Assembly: GCA_964016885.1 (NCBI GenBank)
Contig: OZ024742.1
Location: 82,026,001 to 82,090,000, forward strand
Source: Eledone cirrhosa
Lineage: Eukaryota
Length of the DNA: 64,000 nt
Direction: 5' to 3'
Shown: piece by piece, positions 12,700 through 25,930 of the stretch
Numbering within the stretch: the first letter of the stretch is position 1
Layout: every line of letters begins with the position of its first letter
Notes under the pieces: generated by a model
The model's database searches: none
Seen by the model: the letters and a program-made list of their open reading frames with translations, nothing else
What the model was told of the DNA's origin: nothing
Made by a program: the position numbers and the translations under genes

Positions 12700-14823
12700 A
12701 GACATTCATGTGATCAAATATATTTTATTATACATATTTCAGAGAAACTGAGCTATTTCAACAGTACGTCCTCATCAGATAAAATAAGTTGATGCTTGAC
12801 ATACCTTTACTAGGTTGATGGTTATAATTTATTCATGGCAGTGATTAGTTATGAGAAAATTCGATCTTTATATTGAAACATGAACAAATACATATAATAC
12901 GGAGGGTGCGTATGAGATATAAATAAGTAATAATATATAATACATAAACTTATCTAACTGTTAACAATTTGAATAATAATAATATATTCATACCTCAATA
13001 TTGTTGATAGTGGAAGTGATAGATCGAGATAGCAAAGTATGAGGTAAGAGAGAAAAAAAGAAGGAGATTTGATCGTAGGAACAAGAGGAGGGAGAAATGA
13101 TCAAATGATAAAGAGAGGAAAAAAAGTTAAATCTTATAATCAAAGGGAGGGAGATATGTATTGTAACATGTAAATAGCGTATAATTAGATAGGGGAAAGA
13201 ATCATGCGTGACCGTTTAATTGGAAATAGTCAATTAATCAAATGACCTAAAATTTTAGACTATAACATTTTAAAGGATTTATATTATTGTATTATATCTC
13301 AGTTCAAGCAAATGTAACGTGAAAGCGATAAATGTATGTGCATCATAACTCCAAAGGTATTCACAAGTATATTTAAAAGTATATTAAAATCAAGAATATA
13401 ATCAATATATTAATATATTAGTAAAAAAAAAACTTAAAATTAAAATGTTATTAATAAGTCATAAAGCATTATAAATGTATCTAATAAGATATTATTAAAC
13501 GAGATTTATCTAGATATACACATTTATATACTTTATATATAGACTATACATTTTAAGGTTTAAGACAATATTATTCACTTATATGTAGTATAATTTCTGT
13601 TGAGAGTGTTATACATTTAATTCAACTAGATTTTACTGTATTTAAAATTTTACATCAATTTTAGTATACAAATAAATATATCAACTTGGATCTAAGGAGA
13701 CTTTTATACTATAAATGTATAATCATATCCTCATGAATCGTAAATAACCTTTCAAAGAAATTAAACAGTTTACAAGCCTGAATACATTAAGGATACCAAA
13801 TATATAAGATATAAGATTTAGAAAATACTAAAACCAAAATTAAATGTATTTAAACAATGTAACGGTCATACATACTCAACAAGAGATCAGGTTAACACTT
13901 TCAATGTTAAGGTAGAAACCCTTAATCTAATATTAATAATAGTATAAATTATAAAAGCATTACAACAATTTTTTATCTGAGACAATATTGTTTCACACTC
14001 AGAGTTATTAATAAACGTTTAAATCATTTCACATTTATTCGATGTTTTATCCAGATTTTTTGTGAAGCTTGGAATGTAGATGTAGCTTTGTGCAAGCAAT
14101 TTGAGAATAATTCACTGTTTTTGTTAATTAACTTATCATAATTTGTAATTATTAATAGGGTCTCCATGTCACAATGATTGCAGTTAGGTGATACGGATTA
14201 ATTAGTGTAGACTTCGCTATTACAGAGTTTTGGCCAAAATATTGAGTACTCTAAATTTTTGTCTTTCAAGGACCATATGAGTTGTGATAAAGAAGTGGAG
14301 AATTTCTTATCCGGATTCGAAAACGAGTGCTTGTGATTCGAATATCTTAATTTAAAATTCGATGAGGTTGCTCCGATATAGTTGTAGGTGATGTTATTTG
14401 CTTTAACAGTACATTTATAAACTAGGTTCTTATCAAGACAATTATTTTGCAGAGGGCAATTCGATCTATTTCTACAGTTACATTTCGATTTACTGTTATT
14501 ATTATAATTTAAACTGTACACGTTATCATTGCTAATAGATGAAGATGTTCTGTTGTGAGTACTTAAGTTAATGTTATGGTTATTCACAGTATCAATATTA
14601 TTGCTAAAGTTAATATTGCCATTATCCCTAATTGTTTGTTGGTTACAATTAAGAATTCTACTATTTATTTTTGCAATGTTCTGTGCCATATTCATAGTTG
14701 TTGAGTATGATAGCTTAATTGTATGTCTATTGAATATAGAATGGTATTTATGTGTACTGGGAAAGCATTTATCTAAAGCCTTAAATAATAAATTTACCAA
14801 GGGCGTTTTGATAGCTAAAGATG
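12700..14823 (-). mobile_element. 5'-truncated Naiad-type PLE
   Basis: ORF 14800-14198 (CNCRNRSNCPLQNNCL..VYKC..YIGAT) continues in frame past a TAA (CNHC..INKNSELFSNCLH). HHR lies ~1.3 kb downstream. Confidence 0.87.
12721..12786 (-). ncRNA. type I hammerhead ribozyme
   Basis: Minus strand: TATTTTAT-CTGATGA-GGACGTACTG..CAGTTTCTCT-GAAA-TATGTA-TA-ATAAAATA; 8-bp helix I, AUA site. Confidence 0.8.
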
Positions 14824-14825
14824 TA

Positions 14826-14864
<39 letters not shown>

Positions 14865-15035
14865 CGTAGGAATTGAGACCGGCCACCGGGTGGACCATAG
14901 CGCGCCAGAGTACTCGATACTTTGGTTAGTAGTGTGGGTAATATGCTTGAGCCCTGCCGTCAGTGTCCTGAACATTTTCCTATATGTACATATATGTATA
15001 CATATACACACACACACACAGATATATATATATAT
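14791..15035 (+). repeat. dispersed duplication (partner 35801-36030)
   Basis: AATTTACCAAGGGCG... through CACACAGATATATA is shared; the parallel ORF translations are nearly identical. Confidence 0.92.
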
Positions 15036-15037
15036 AC

Positions 15038-15290
15038 GTCACTTTCAGCTTATATCTGGAGTCTAAAAGACAACCACATCCAATATAAGTTACACTGGGA
15101 GATCCTAGCTCGGGCTAGATCGTTTAACGGAAATAAAAGACCATACTACTTCTGCGCCGCTGAGGCCCTGGAAATACTCTACGCCACAGACCACATCTTA
15201 AACAAAAAATCTGAGGCAATTTCGGCTTATAAACATAAATTGCACAAAACTTTCCTGTATTACAGCCCCACGTTATACCCTAACGGATAG
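15038..15290 (+). pseudogene. Naiad-type GIY-YIG C-terminal fragment
   Basis: TSLSAYIWSLKDNHIQYKLHWEIL..LNKKSEAISAYKH aligns with the other Naiad C-termini in this window. Confidence 0.8.
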
Positions 15291-15352
15291 GACGATCTAT
15301 ACGTGGATATTTTAAGCCCTATTTGGATTTTAGTCTTCAAATTTATTATTAT

Positions 15353-15421
<69 letters not shown>

Positions 15422-15481
15422 TATATATATATTATAAAATAACAGGAGGCTGGACTGGTGTAAATCTTTGAAAGTTTTATT

Positions 15482-15539
15482 AGACTATGATCTTTTCAAT
15501 GACCGGGTTCAGTATGAATCCGGTGACATCATCAGGTAT
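15482..15539 (-). ncRNA. hammerhead motif in left arm (core intact)
   Basis: Minus strand: ATAC-CTGATGA-TGTCACCGGATTCA-TAC-TGAACCCGGTCATT-GAAA-AGATCA-TA-GTCT. Confidence 0.6.
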
Positions 15540-15661
15540 TCAAAATATAACAAAGGACGGCGGCCTACGGAGATAGAAGCTGCTAACTGGTTGGTCGTCC
15601 TCTTGTCTCTGATTTTCAGCCCCATGGATTTTATCTGTTATATTCCTTTGTTATATTTCGA

Positions 15662-15719
15662 ATACCTGATAATGTCACTGGATTCATACTGAACCCCTTC
15701 ATTGATATGATCATAGTAT
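15662..15719 (+). ncRNA. hammerhead motif in right arm (core mutated)
   Basis: ATAC-CTGATAA..GATA-TGATCA-TA-GTAT-AATAAA: helices I and III intact, two core substitutions. Confidence 0.5.
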
Positions 15720-15909
15720 AATAAACCTTTCAAGGATTTACACCAGTCCAGTCTCCTGTTATTCTATAATAATTAACTCCGTACTCGCACACCAACTACA
15801 CAAACGAAGACGGGTGACTTGCATATCGTTGAGTGCTCTCCATAATATTACATTGAGGTTGACTATACGGAATGACCAGTTCTCTCCAGTGGTGAACCAA
15901 CAAACATAA

Positions 15910-16007
<98 letters not shown>

Positions 16008-17141
16008 GTTAGTGACTTTGTATGTGCGTGTGTGTTATTTGCGTGTGTGTATGGTTGTGTGCGTGTGCATGTGTCTGTAATTTAGGTGTGTGTATCTCAT
16101 TCATTATTATCACCTAAATAATCTAAATGAATCTGCTTAGCCATTTGAGAATCGTATAATTTTTTATAGACATATATCTTTCAATTTCTCTATTGTCTAG
16201 CAACATCTATAATTTTTCTAAGTTTTGCTACCGTATTTTCTGATACAACACATTGCTAACAGTATACGTGTTAATCAGTGACTAGGTGATAAATATCAAT
16301 TACATAAATTTACTTGATATGAAGCATCCTATCATTTATGTATACATTTTTATATTCATCAATCACTATTATGGAAAAGTAAAATAGCAATATACAAAAC
16401 AGTATCTGCTTTCTCTAAATTAAGGACCTTCACAAAAAATAAACTAATAATACGCACCTCCTTAGTTGTGAAAATAATATTTGCCAAGTATGTTTCATGT
16501 ATGTTTTAGCAGTGAAAACTAAACTAGTTTGGGAATAATTTCATATATAGATATTGATACATTGATACACAGACGTACGCTACATCTCTCTCTCTCTTTC
16601 TCTCTTTCTCTCGTTCTCTCTTTCTCTCTGTATTTATATATATATATATATATATATACATTTTGAGTATATGTTGGTTGTATACCAACAACTCAGTATG
16701 CAGATTGGAGCACTCTATCACATTTCTTTGAGCTGACTCCAACACTAACACCACTACCAACACAAGAATAGAGGTCAGATGTACCTAACAATAAAAGAAC
16801 AACAACTACAGATTGGCTTGCCTCAGAACGAATTTCTATAGACTTTTGACTGAGGAATGTTCTAAAATCTGACCAATGAGAGAAGAGGCCCTTTGACGCT
16901 GAAATTCGTTTGTTTGTCATATGATTCCAGTTCCTCTGTGAAATAACAACCCAACCAGGAACTGGGCATATCGGAGTATTCACAAGTTTATACACCTCAA
17001 CAACATGTGTACTCGTCTCTACCACACTAATTCGGACTGCCTGAACAGGTCACAGCCAAAGATGGCTGTCACCGAAATATATATAGCAGTAATAAACGAA
17101 GCCAAATTTTAAACATTTGACTTATTTATTTTATTTTATTT

Positions 17142-17179
<38 letters not shown>

Positions 17180-17185
17180 AAATAA

Positions 17186-17240
<55 letters not shown>

Positions 17241-18115
17241 AAGGGGAGAGACCATATATATAAGTGTTTATACTTATGCATCTATATAACATGACACCGT
17301 TAATTTAAATTTGCATATATATACGGCCCCTTCATTGTAGAGCTAACTCAGTTGAATGGACTCGGCTGCTATTTCTAGCTGTCGATAATCCTATTGACGC
17401 CACTGGTATGAAGGTGTGCGATGTGTGTATTTTTTTTTAAATGCAACACGTGGTACGAGTCATTCACAGATTTGCATTTGCTATGTAAACACAGATGGTT
17501 GGATCTTCTCCTTTGGTGGCCATTCGGATTTGACTACTGTGATTTACCAATTAATTGGTGAAATATATTTGTCATTTAAAGAAATATATACAAAGGAGAT
17601 TAATCATTTTAAATGGTATCTATATTTGAAGTTCTAGTTAAACTTTAATTAGTTACCTACCTAGCTATGTGCGCTTACACATTTTACAAATTATTCCCTG
17701 TGATTGTTTCATGTGTTTATTTTATATATATGTCAATCTATTTCTAGTTGATATAAAATGCTCGGATCTATTCATTGGAATCTTTGAGCTTATTCTGCAG
17801 TGGATATGGTGCATGTCTCTCTGACATGACGCCCTTAATTTAATTTTGGATATATATATATATATATTATTAATTTGTCCCAACTCCTTATGGTTGAGTA
17901 AAAATTAGGCTGAAACAGAGAGCTTCTAGCAAATCTGTTAGTCAACAACCATTTACTTCTCTTTTGGTAATTTTTCACTGGTAACGTTCAGATCAAGAAA
18001 TTTTCATTACATCATGGGCGTCTCGTCACAAGCCGATAATCTCACGGTCCCAGTGCACTTTGGTTGCACACCGGTTGCATACCATCTATCTTTCTCTCTT
18101 TCTCTCTCTCTCTTT

Positions 18116-18217
<102 letters not shown>

Positions 18218-18289
18218 ATACGTTGGAGGGTCATGTTGCCAATAAGAAACACACGCACCAGATGCTTTCACTTCAATTTATTATAATAA

Positions 18290-20632
18290 ATTTATAAATT
18301 TAGGAATTTATAAATTTCCGGTTGGTTGGTTGGTTCCACAACCAGATGGTTGTTTATATATTGTAAAAGTTCTTTCGTCACACATTATGTGACCTCTTCA
18401 GTGACTGGGGATGTTTTTCTTTGTTTTTGTGCCTCTCCTTTGTTCTTTCCTACGCCATTTTGTTTCTGTGTGTGTGTTGTGTGCTCTGTCTGCGTATGCG
18501 CCACATCCGGGTGCCTGTGTGTGTTTATATTCGTTTATTTATTTGTTTCTTTACATGTTACATGTTGGTTGTTTGTTCTATGTGCGTGTGTGTTTTCATT
18601 TTGTCCTTAATTGTAAGTTGTGATGTTGCTGTTCCACTCATGTTTTCTATTTAATTTTGGTTGTAATTATTTTATGTTTATTGCCTCTGTGATTTGTCTA
18701 AACATGCGTCTTTTCTGTGTGTAGATTCTATTTTTATTTCTATGTTCTCTAATTTACCCTTATGATCTATTTTAGCATGTTGGTAGAGTACAGATGATTC
18801 TTTACTATCTTGAAGGTCTCGCCAGTGTTCAGTTATCCGTTCCCTTACACTACGAGCTGTCTCACCTATCTACACTATATTTTTGTCTCTGCATTGTCCT
18901 TCAGTACATATTATGCTATGTACTACATTTCTAGTTTTACAGTTAATATGGGGGCTTAATTTACAGGTTATACATTTCTTATCTATACAGGGGGGTCTTT
19001 GAAAAGGGTATGTCTTGCTAATAAGTGTTTTTACGGAGGTACCTGGTCTTTCTACTATCTTAATGTTGAGTTTATGTTTATCTAGGGCCCTTCTAAATTT
19101 GTAAGCTAATTCACCTCTAGAGGTTGTATCGATGAACGTTACCCTCTGGTATTTATTGCTATCATACCATGAGTTTATTCTATTAGCCTTATTCCTAGTT
19201 CTTTCTATTCTATTCCAAAATGTCTCCTATACCAGGGGCAGGTCCCATTTGTGTCATTATTTACCATTTATTCCCATTTGGTTCTGGCTCCTCTATACAC
19301 TCTGTTTTTATCTCTCTGATTGTAACCAGAGAACTGCATACGGTGGATGAAGTGTTGTATGTGTCTCTCTAGTTCTTCGGGGTTGCACATGCGGGACACG
19401 TTTATCATCACCCGTACCAAATCCGCAATCAGTATGTTGATTTTGGTATGGTCCGAAACAGCTGAGTTTCGTTGGATCAGATATTTGGAAGTGATGGGTT
19501 TGGCATAATGGGAATGGAGGATTTGTTTTTTGTTATTAATGGTATCTAACCAGAGCTCTGTCTCTAGTACAGGTAATCGATGGTTGGGGTGTTTACTTGG
19601 GTAGTCTATAGTAACACTAATACTCTGGTGGATGGAGTTAGCTATTTGCTGGATGCTTTCCATTGCGTTTTTCTCTAATTCCTGACTGTTCTCTAGTGGG
19701 GGTGTTTTAACTACGATGTTTATATCATCAACGTAGCGGGAGTACATTATCAGGGTTAAGGGGTTTTCTAATTGTTCTTTAAGTTTAAGTTTAAGTCTAC
19801 TACCCACCATACCATGAATAAGTTAGCTATGTCGCCTGCAATGCTAACACCAATGGCTGCTCCTTCCTCTTGGGCATATGTTTTTCCGTTAAATTTGAAC
19901 ATATGATCCTTAAGGGTTAATTTTATGCTGGAACCCACCGCATGTGCAATCATTTTCTTTAGTTCATCGTGGTTTTCGGGTGTCCGTATGGCTCTGGTCC
20001 ACCCATCCATCTATCTGTGTGGGTTTTCTTGGCCATTGAGGTAATGGTAGGTGGTCTGCCTCTTGCTGGTCTTGTAGGGCACAGGTTGCTAAGGTCATAT
20101 GTGTCTAGGTAATTATTACTATAGGTAAGTTTAAGTAAGAGTCCCAGCTCACTGGTATCAATCCCACGGAACTCAACATTGCTCTCACTGATAATTTCTA
20201 CGCATTTCTCCACAGCAAAATCCACGTCAATAGATGGTTACAGGGACTCAACATCCATACTACCTATTATGCAGTTTGTTAGGTCCCTAGATCGGTTACT
20301 CTCGCCGATTCTGCTGAGGAGGTCTTCCGTGCTGTCACATACATCTCGGGACATTTCAATAATGGGGCATATGATCAGGGAGAGGAAGTAGGACAGTCTG
20401 TAGTCACTAGCAATGTTAGCTCCACAGACTGGCCGTGTTGTTGGTCCCGTGACAGGGTCACTGCCCATTTTAAGGTCTTTTCGAAGCCCATACAACGCCA
20501 GCACGTCATTGTTCCAGGCCTGGAAGTTGTTGGCAGTCCTATTGTTGGGCTGCATTATATTCGTCCACATCACCATTTGGGCATTGGGGGCTTTTTCTCT
20601 ATCCTCATGCTCCTGTGGTGTTACAAATTCAG
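18290..20632 (-). mobile_element. decayed 5'-truncated PLE of a third lineage (clade uncertain, possibly Nematis-like)
   Basis: LYGLRKD..RPVCGA, GSMDVESL, QEEGAAIG, RYVDD, RLPVL, HYAKP; Cys linker CIDKKCITC..CKTRNVV..IGETARSVRERITEH; HHR downstream. Confidence 0.85.
18363..18405 (-). ncRNA. minimal hammerhead ribozyme, slightly decayed
   Basis: Minus strand: GTCA-CTGAAGA-G-GTCACA-TAATG-TGTGAC-GAAA-GAAC-TT-TTAC. Confidence 0.72.
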
Positions 20633-20634
20633 AA

Positions 20635-20730
<96 letters not shown>

Positions 20731-21098
20731 AGCGGTAATTGTGGCGTCTGTGATAGTGGTTGTGTTGATTTTGTTGTCAATGTGTGTGTCAATAACATTT
20801 CACAATAAGAGGAGCCATATTAACTTGATTAAACAGCATATAATTTCGATTGCTGGACATACTTATTTCGTAACATATAATATATTCGTAGATCTATATC
20901 CTTTATACATTCGTTCTAGAAATATGATATATACAAATAAATCTAAATATTTCAAAACTCATGTTTGTTCTTCTGTCTACATAAAAATTATATACTAGAA
21001 ATATAAAACGTAATATAAAATTATGTATTACACATAATAGATACGAAATATCAGTGTAACAGATTAAGATATGTCTTTATTCGTTATATGCATGACGT

Positions 21099-21277
21099 AA
21101 ATCAACTCAGAATATTTATAAATACACCAAAATATGTTTGTTTCGTATAGTTTAAGAAATCAATTTATCTGAGACGCTTTGTACAGAGGTTATGCCGATA
21201 ATACTAAATGTGCCAGCAGCCATGACTCATGTCCTCTCTCTCTCGCTTCCTCTTTCCACCTGCCCATCTCTCTCTCC

Positions 21278-21312
<35 letters not shown>

Positions 21313-21659
21313 ATAACCAAAAATAATCAACCTCTCAAAGACACCTCTATCCAACACACAAATCAACATTTTAAGTAAGGGCCTGAAATTTACACCTACA
21401 CCACGTAAACCAAACTTCCCCGAAATGAAGGATGACATCATGGAATACTGCCGAAAGCTGCGACTAACGGAATTCTTCAGAAATCAACTCAGAATATTTA
21501 TAAATACACAAAAATATGTTTGTTTCGTATAGTTTAAGAAATCAATTTATCTGAGACGCTTTGTACAGAGGTTATGCCGATAATACTAAATGTGCCAGCA
21601 GCCATGACTCATGTCCTCTCTCTCTCGCTTCCTCTTTCCACCTGCCCATCTCTCTCTCC

Positions 21660-21692
<33 letters not shown>

Positions 21693-21858
21693 ATAACCAA
21701 AAATAATCAACCTCTCAAAGACACCTCTAACCAACACACAAATCAACATTTTAAGTAAGGGCCTGAAATTTACACCTACACCACGTAAACCAAACTTCCC
21801 CGAAATGAAGGATGACATCATGGAATACTGCCGAAAGCTGCGACTAACGGAATTCTTC
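21099..21858 (+). repeat. ~380-bp tandem duplication spanning the PLE 5' junction
   Basis: 21099-21478 and 21481-21858 are nearly identical. Confidence 0.95.
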
Positions 21859-23952
21859 CACAACGACACCAACACTGAAGACGAATCACTGGTTAGAAAT
21901 AAAAGCAATTTCTGCCCACAAAAGAGAAGAAATAAAGCAGTGGACACGTACTGCGAACACATCACCAACTTTCCCTATGAAAAAATTACAAATAAACACA
22001 CGAAATCAAACCTATCTACACACGAATGGGAAGAATTATTCACACTTAGAAACAACCCTGAGATAACTATCAAAGAAGCCGATAAAGGCAGTACTGTTGT
22101 CATTATGAATACGGACTACTATAGGACCCTCGCACTTAACATTTTAGAAAACAACACATACTATGAAAAAACAGAAAACTACAAACACACCAAAACAATG
22201 GGGAACCTTTTGACCTTACTGAATAAATACCGCAACAGCTTAACCACAAAAGAGTTTAACTATATAAGCCACTTCAAATGCAATACAAGCTCTTTTTACG
22301 GGTTACCGAAACTTCACAAATGTAAACCCATAAACGATGCATGTGACACCTCAACCAACAATTACATTGAACTAACACCACCAGAAGACCTAAAACTCAG
22401 GCCAATTATAGCAGGCCCTACATGTGAAACCCACAGACTTAGCAACTTTCTGGACATCCTACTGAAACCCTTTCTACAACATATACAGAGCTACATACGA
22501 GATGACCTTGACATGCTGAAACACCTCCCTAAAACAGTAAGTGCAAATACAATTCTTGTCTCCTTTGACGTAATAAACCTCTACACAAACATACCTCACA
22601 ACTATGGAATAACAGCAGTCCAATACTGGCTTAACACACACCCATCAGAAATACCGACACGCATCAACACAGATTTTATCACTGACGGACTCCGCTTTAT
22701 CCTACAAAATAACTACTTCACATTCAATGGTTCAACATACAGACAAGTATCAGGTACGGCAATGGGCACGAACGTAGCACCCACATATGCCAACCTAGTC
22801 ATGGGATTCCATGAACAACAAATATACAGTCAGTCCCTTCTCTTATTTGGAGACTCTTTCCACACACACCTCAAAGCCAATTGGAAAAGATATCTAGACG
22901 ACTGCTTTATCCTATGGCAAGAAGACATGAACTCACTTACTACGTTTAAAAACATGATAAACAACATAGATAATAACATACAATTCACAATGGAATCCAA
23001 TCCTAAGGAATTAGCCTTCTTGGATATTCTCATCTCTGTAATAGACGGGAAATTAGATACAGATATATTCTATAAACCCACAGATTCCTAGCAATACCTC
23101 TTTTTCACATCAAGTCACCCAAAACATACAAAACTTAACATTCCTTACAATTTGGCCAAACGTATATGTACCATAGTATCAGATCCACCTAAACGGGAGC
23201 AAAGACTAAAGGAACTAAAAGACACCCTTATCTTAAGAGCCTTTCCACTTGAAATAATCAACAATGGAATAGACAGGGCAAAACACCTAAATCCCCATCA
23301 ACTTAACAATCCAAAACAGAAAACCACACTCAACACCCTGCCATATGTATCCACTTTCAACCCCAGAAATACCGAAATGTTTGATTACCTACACAAAAAC
23401 CTCCCCATCCTACTTAAAGATGTAAAAATGAAGTCTATTCTTGAAACACACAAGATCCTTAAAAGTAAAAGACAACCCAAATCACTTAAACGCATTCTCA
23501 CTGGACCAAATATACCCAAACCAATCCTCAACCCTACAGTTACCAAATGTGGTAGAACAAACTGTGGAACGTGCCTCTACCTCACTGAAGGACAAACATT
23601 TACATTCAAAGATGGCCAAACATTTACAGTAAAAAACAATTTCACCTGCAACTCGGAGAACTTGATTTACGCAATAACTTGCGGTGGGTGCAAACACAAC
23701 TACATAGGACAGACGGGCACCTCATTACGCAAAAGAATGACCATCCACCGCCAACAAATCCGGGACGCTAACACAAGAAAAATCCCATTGAGCAGCCATA
23801 TTGCGAACTGCGCAGGAATGACACTACCCAACTTTAAAATCTTCCCCTTCTACAAGTGCTCAGATTCGTTCACACAGCAACAAAGAATAAACAAAGAAAA
23901 TCTATTCCTTAACAAATTTAAACCAAAACTAAACGGGTTATCACCCCAATAG
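21805..23952 (+). pseudogene. PLE RT + GIY-YIG, one in-frame TAG at 23089-23091
   Basis: IKEADKG, FYGLPKLHK, LRPIIAG, SFDVINLYTNI, QVSGTAMGT, RYLDD, FLDI, YKPTDS*QYL, CGRTNCGTC, LIYAITCGGC..YIGQTG; both ORFs are in the same frame. Confidence 0.95.
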
Positions 23953-24237
23953 AATTGTCATAAAATATAAACACACATACGCACGGAATCACTACTATTA
24001 AAGACCAGAGACCAATTCTGTAGAATCAGGTTTATTCATTGACAGACCATGCCTTTGTGTGACCAACACATCCATGTTAAACCCTGCACGTGCACACACA
24101 TATATCTATATATATATGCGCACACAGAATTCACCACTGTCGGTTGCGGGGCCCAATCTACATGAAGAACTCAATGTGATCAGAATGACTTGTATTTTAA
24201 TTTCACTGCCCCAACTTCTTATATTATGGAAAAAATA

Positions 24238-24300
24238 TATGTGTCTGTATGTATATATATATATATATATTTGAAGGCCATTTCTCTGTGTGTGGGTGTA

Positions 24301-24342
<42 letters not shown>

Positions 24343-24552
24343 TGCATGTGGATGTATGTATTGTGTGTGCGTGTGTGTGTATGTATGTGGGTATCTGGAT
24401 GTATGCGTATGTGTATATATATATATATATATGCGTGTGTGTGTGTGTGTGTATATATATGTGTGTGTATGTGTGTGTATATATATGTGTGTGTGTATGT
24501 TTGTATGTGTGTATGTATATATATATGTGTGTGTGTGTGTATGTATGTGTGG

Positions 24553-24634
<82 letters not shown>

Positions 24635-24673
24635 ATGTATGTGTGTATCTGGATGTATGTGTATGTATATATA

Positions 24674-24728
<55 letters not shown>

Positions 24729-24880
24729 ATGTGTATATATATATATATATGTGTGTGTGTGTATGTGTGTATGTATATGTATGTGTGTGTGTATGTATGT
24801 GTGTATATGTATATATATATATATATATATATGTATATGTATGTATGTGTGGATTAAGGTATGTGTGTATATATAGGTGT
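24238..24880. repeat. compound (TG)n/(TA)n microsatellite inside the PLE 3' region
   Basis: Directly visible. Confidence 0.95.
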
Positions 24881-25180
24881 AAGTGCACTAAATCCCTTTC
24901 TATCACGCTCCACTCTCCTACCCATCACAGGAAGATATGTGTATGTATATTGCTTCCACCCCCTCACTGACCAGCAGCTGGCGATTGCTAAATCTGACCT
25001 TTATAAAATAACCCACACCCCAAATAACTTCTCATTCACTACCAGAAAGGGACACAGCAGTCAACCTGTTGTTGCTACCAAGATGAAAACTGCTATGAAA
25101 TCCCACAATGAATTTTATACTTGAATTTTCAAGTCTCAAATTTTAACTCTTCGTATTATTAATTTTTCTTAATATTAATC

Positions 25181-25228
25181 AACATTTGAAAAGATGGCTT
25201 TTGCAGACCCATCGAAACCGGTCATTTT
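25181..25228 (+). ncRNA. minimal hammerhead ribozyme, U3/A8 core variant
   Basis: AACAT-TTGAAAA-GATGG-CTTTTGCAGAC-CCATC-GAAA-CCGGTC-ATTTT; palindromic ACCGGT helix III, GUC site. Confidence 0.68.
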
Positions 25229-25479
25229 TTATACCCTTTATTATTTCCTTACCTTATAAAATTATGTTTTTTCACAAAAAAGTATTCTGTCTCTTATATA
25301 TTCCATGTGCCATTACCAACCTCAATTTTCTCTATAACCTTCGCTTTGTGTAGAAAATTACACTTTTCATATATATATATATATATATATCAGCCACATC
25401 ACGGAAGAGAATTGAGAGAACTTTAGGAAGGTGAACTCGGAGAATTAGAGAAGAATATATCATCGTGTGATCTTTCTGG

Positions 25480-25930
25480 ATGCTACTCCCAGAGCCGAAA
25501 TAGCTTGTATATCTAGAAAGGATTTACATAAATTAAAAGTTAAAAAAATAAGATACTAGAAAAGCCAAGTATAACCGTAATCACCCTAATCAACCGAACG
25601 TACACTTTTAAGAAAATCCCTATAATGACAGAAATTGATTAGACTGCAAAGTAAATACCCATAAAAAGTGTAAAACTAGAAATATTTGTTTAGAGAAAGA
25701 GATGCACAGAAGGACAATGTAGAAATCGGACTGCAACATTTAGAGAGCTCATAATATTGTAAAATCTATAAAGATGCTCTGGCGAGAATTTCAACTCGCC
25801 AAAACTCATTACTGCTGTACCAATATGGTATGATAGAAGATGGGGTATCACTAAAAAATATTGGAAATTTATTTCCTGTATACACCGAAGAGCTGTAATG
25901 CTTAAACCTATTACGGTAGCAACACCTGAT
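25480..25930 (+). pseudogene. heavily decayed PLE linker/endonuclease fragment related to 18290-20632
   Basis: VIFLDATPRAEIA vs VTFIDTTSRGELA; CKTRNI vs CKTRNV. Confidence 0.5.

Larger units (their letters stand above)
15431..15770. mobile_element. fold-back element with 127-bp inverted arms, each containing an HHR motif
   Basis: Arms 15431-15557 and 15644-15770 are reverse complements, with an 86-bp spacer; abuts (TA)n. Confidence 0.85.
21690..25370 (+). mobile_element. 5'-truncated Neptune-type PLE with 3' pLTR
   Basis: RT + GIY-YIG, then a microsatellite-containing 3' region with an HHR. Both ends at (TA)n. Confidence 0.9.

Noticed and set aside
16693-17075. Possible LTR-element PBS (GGTGACAGC) and gag on the minus strand
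   Set aside because: No recognisable protein motif or LTR pair to support a call.
24161-24178. 16-bp match ATGAAGAACTCAATGT with 6175-6190
   Set aside because: No flanking similarity; treated as chance.
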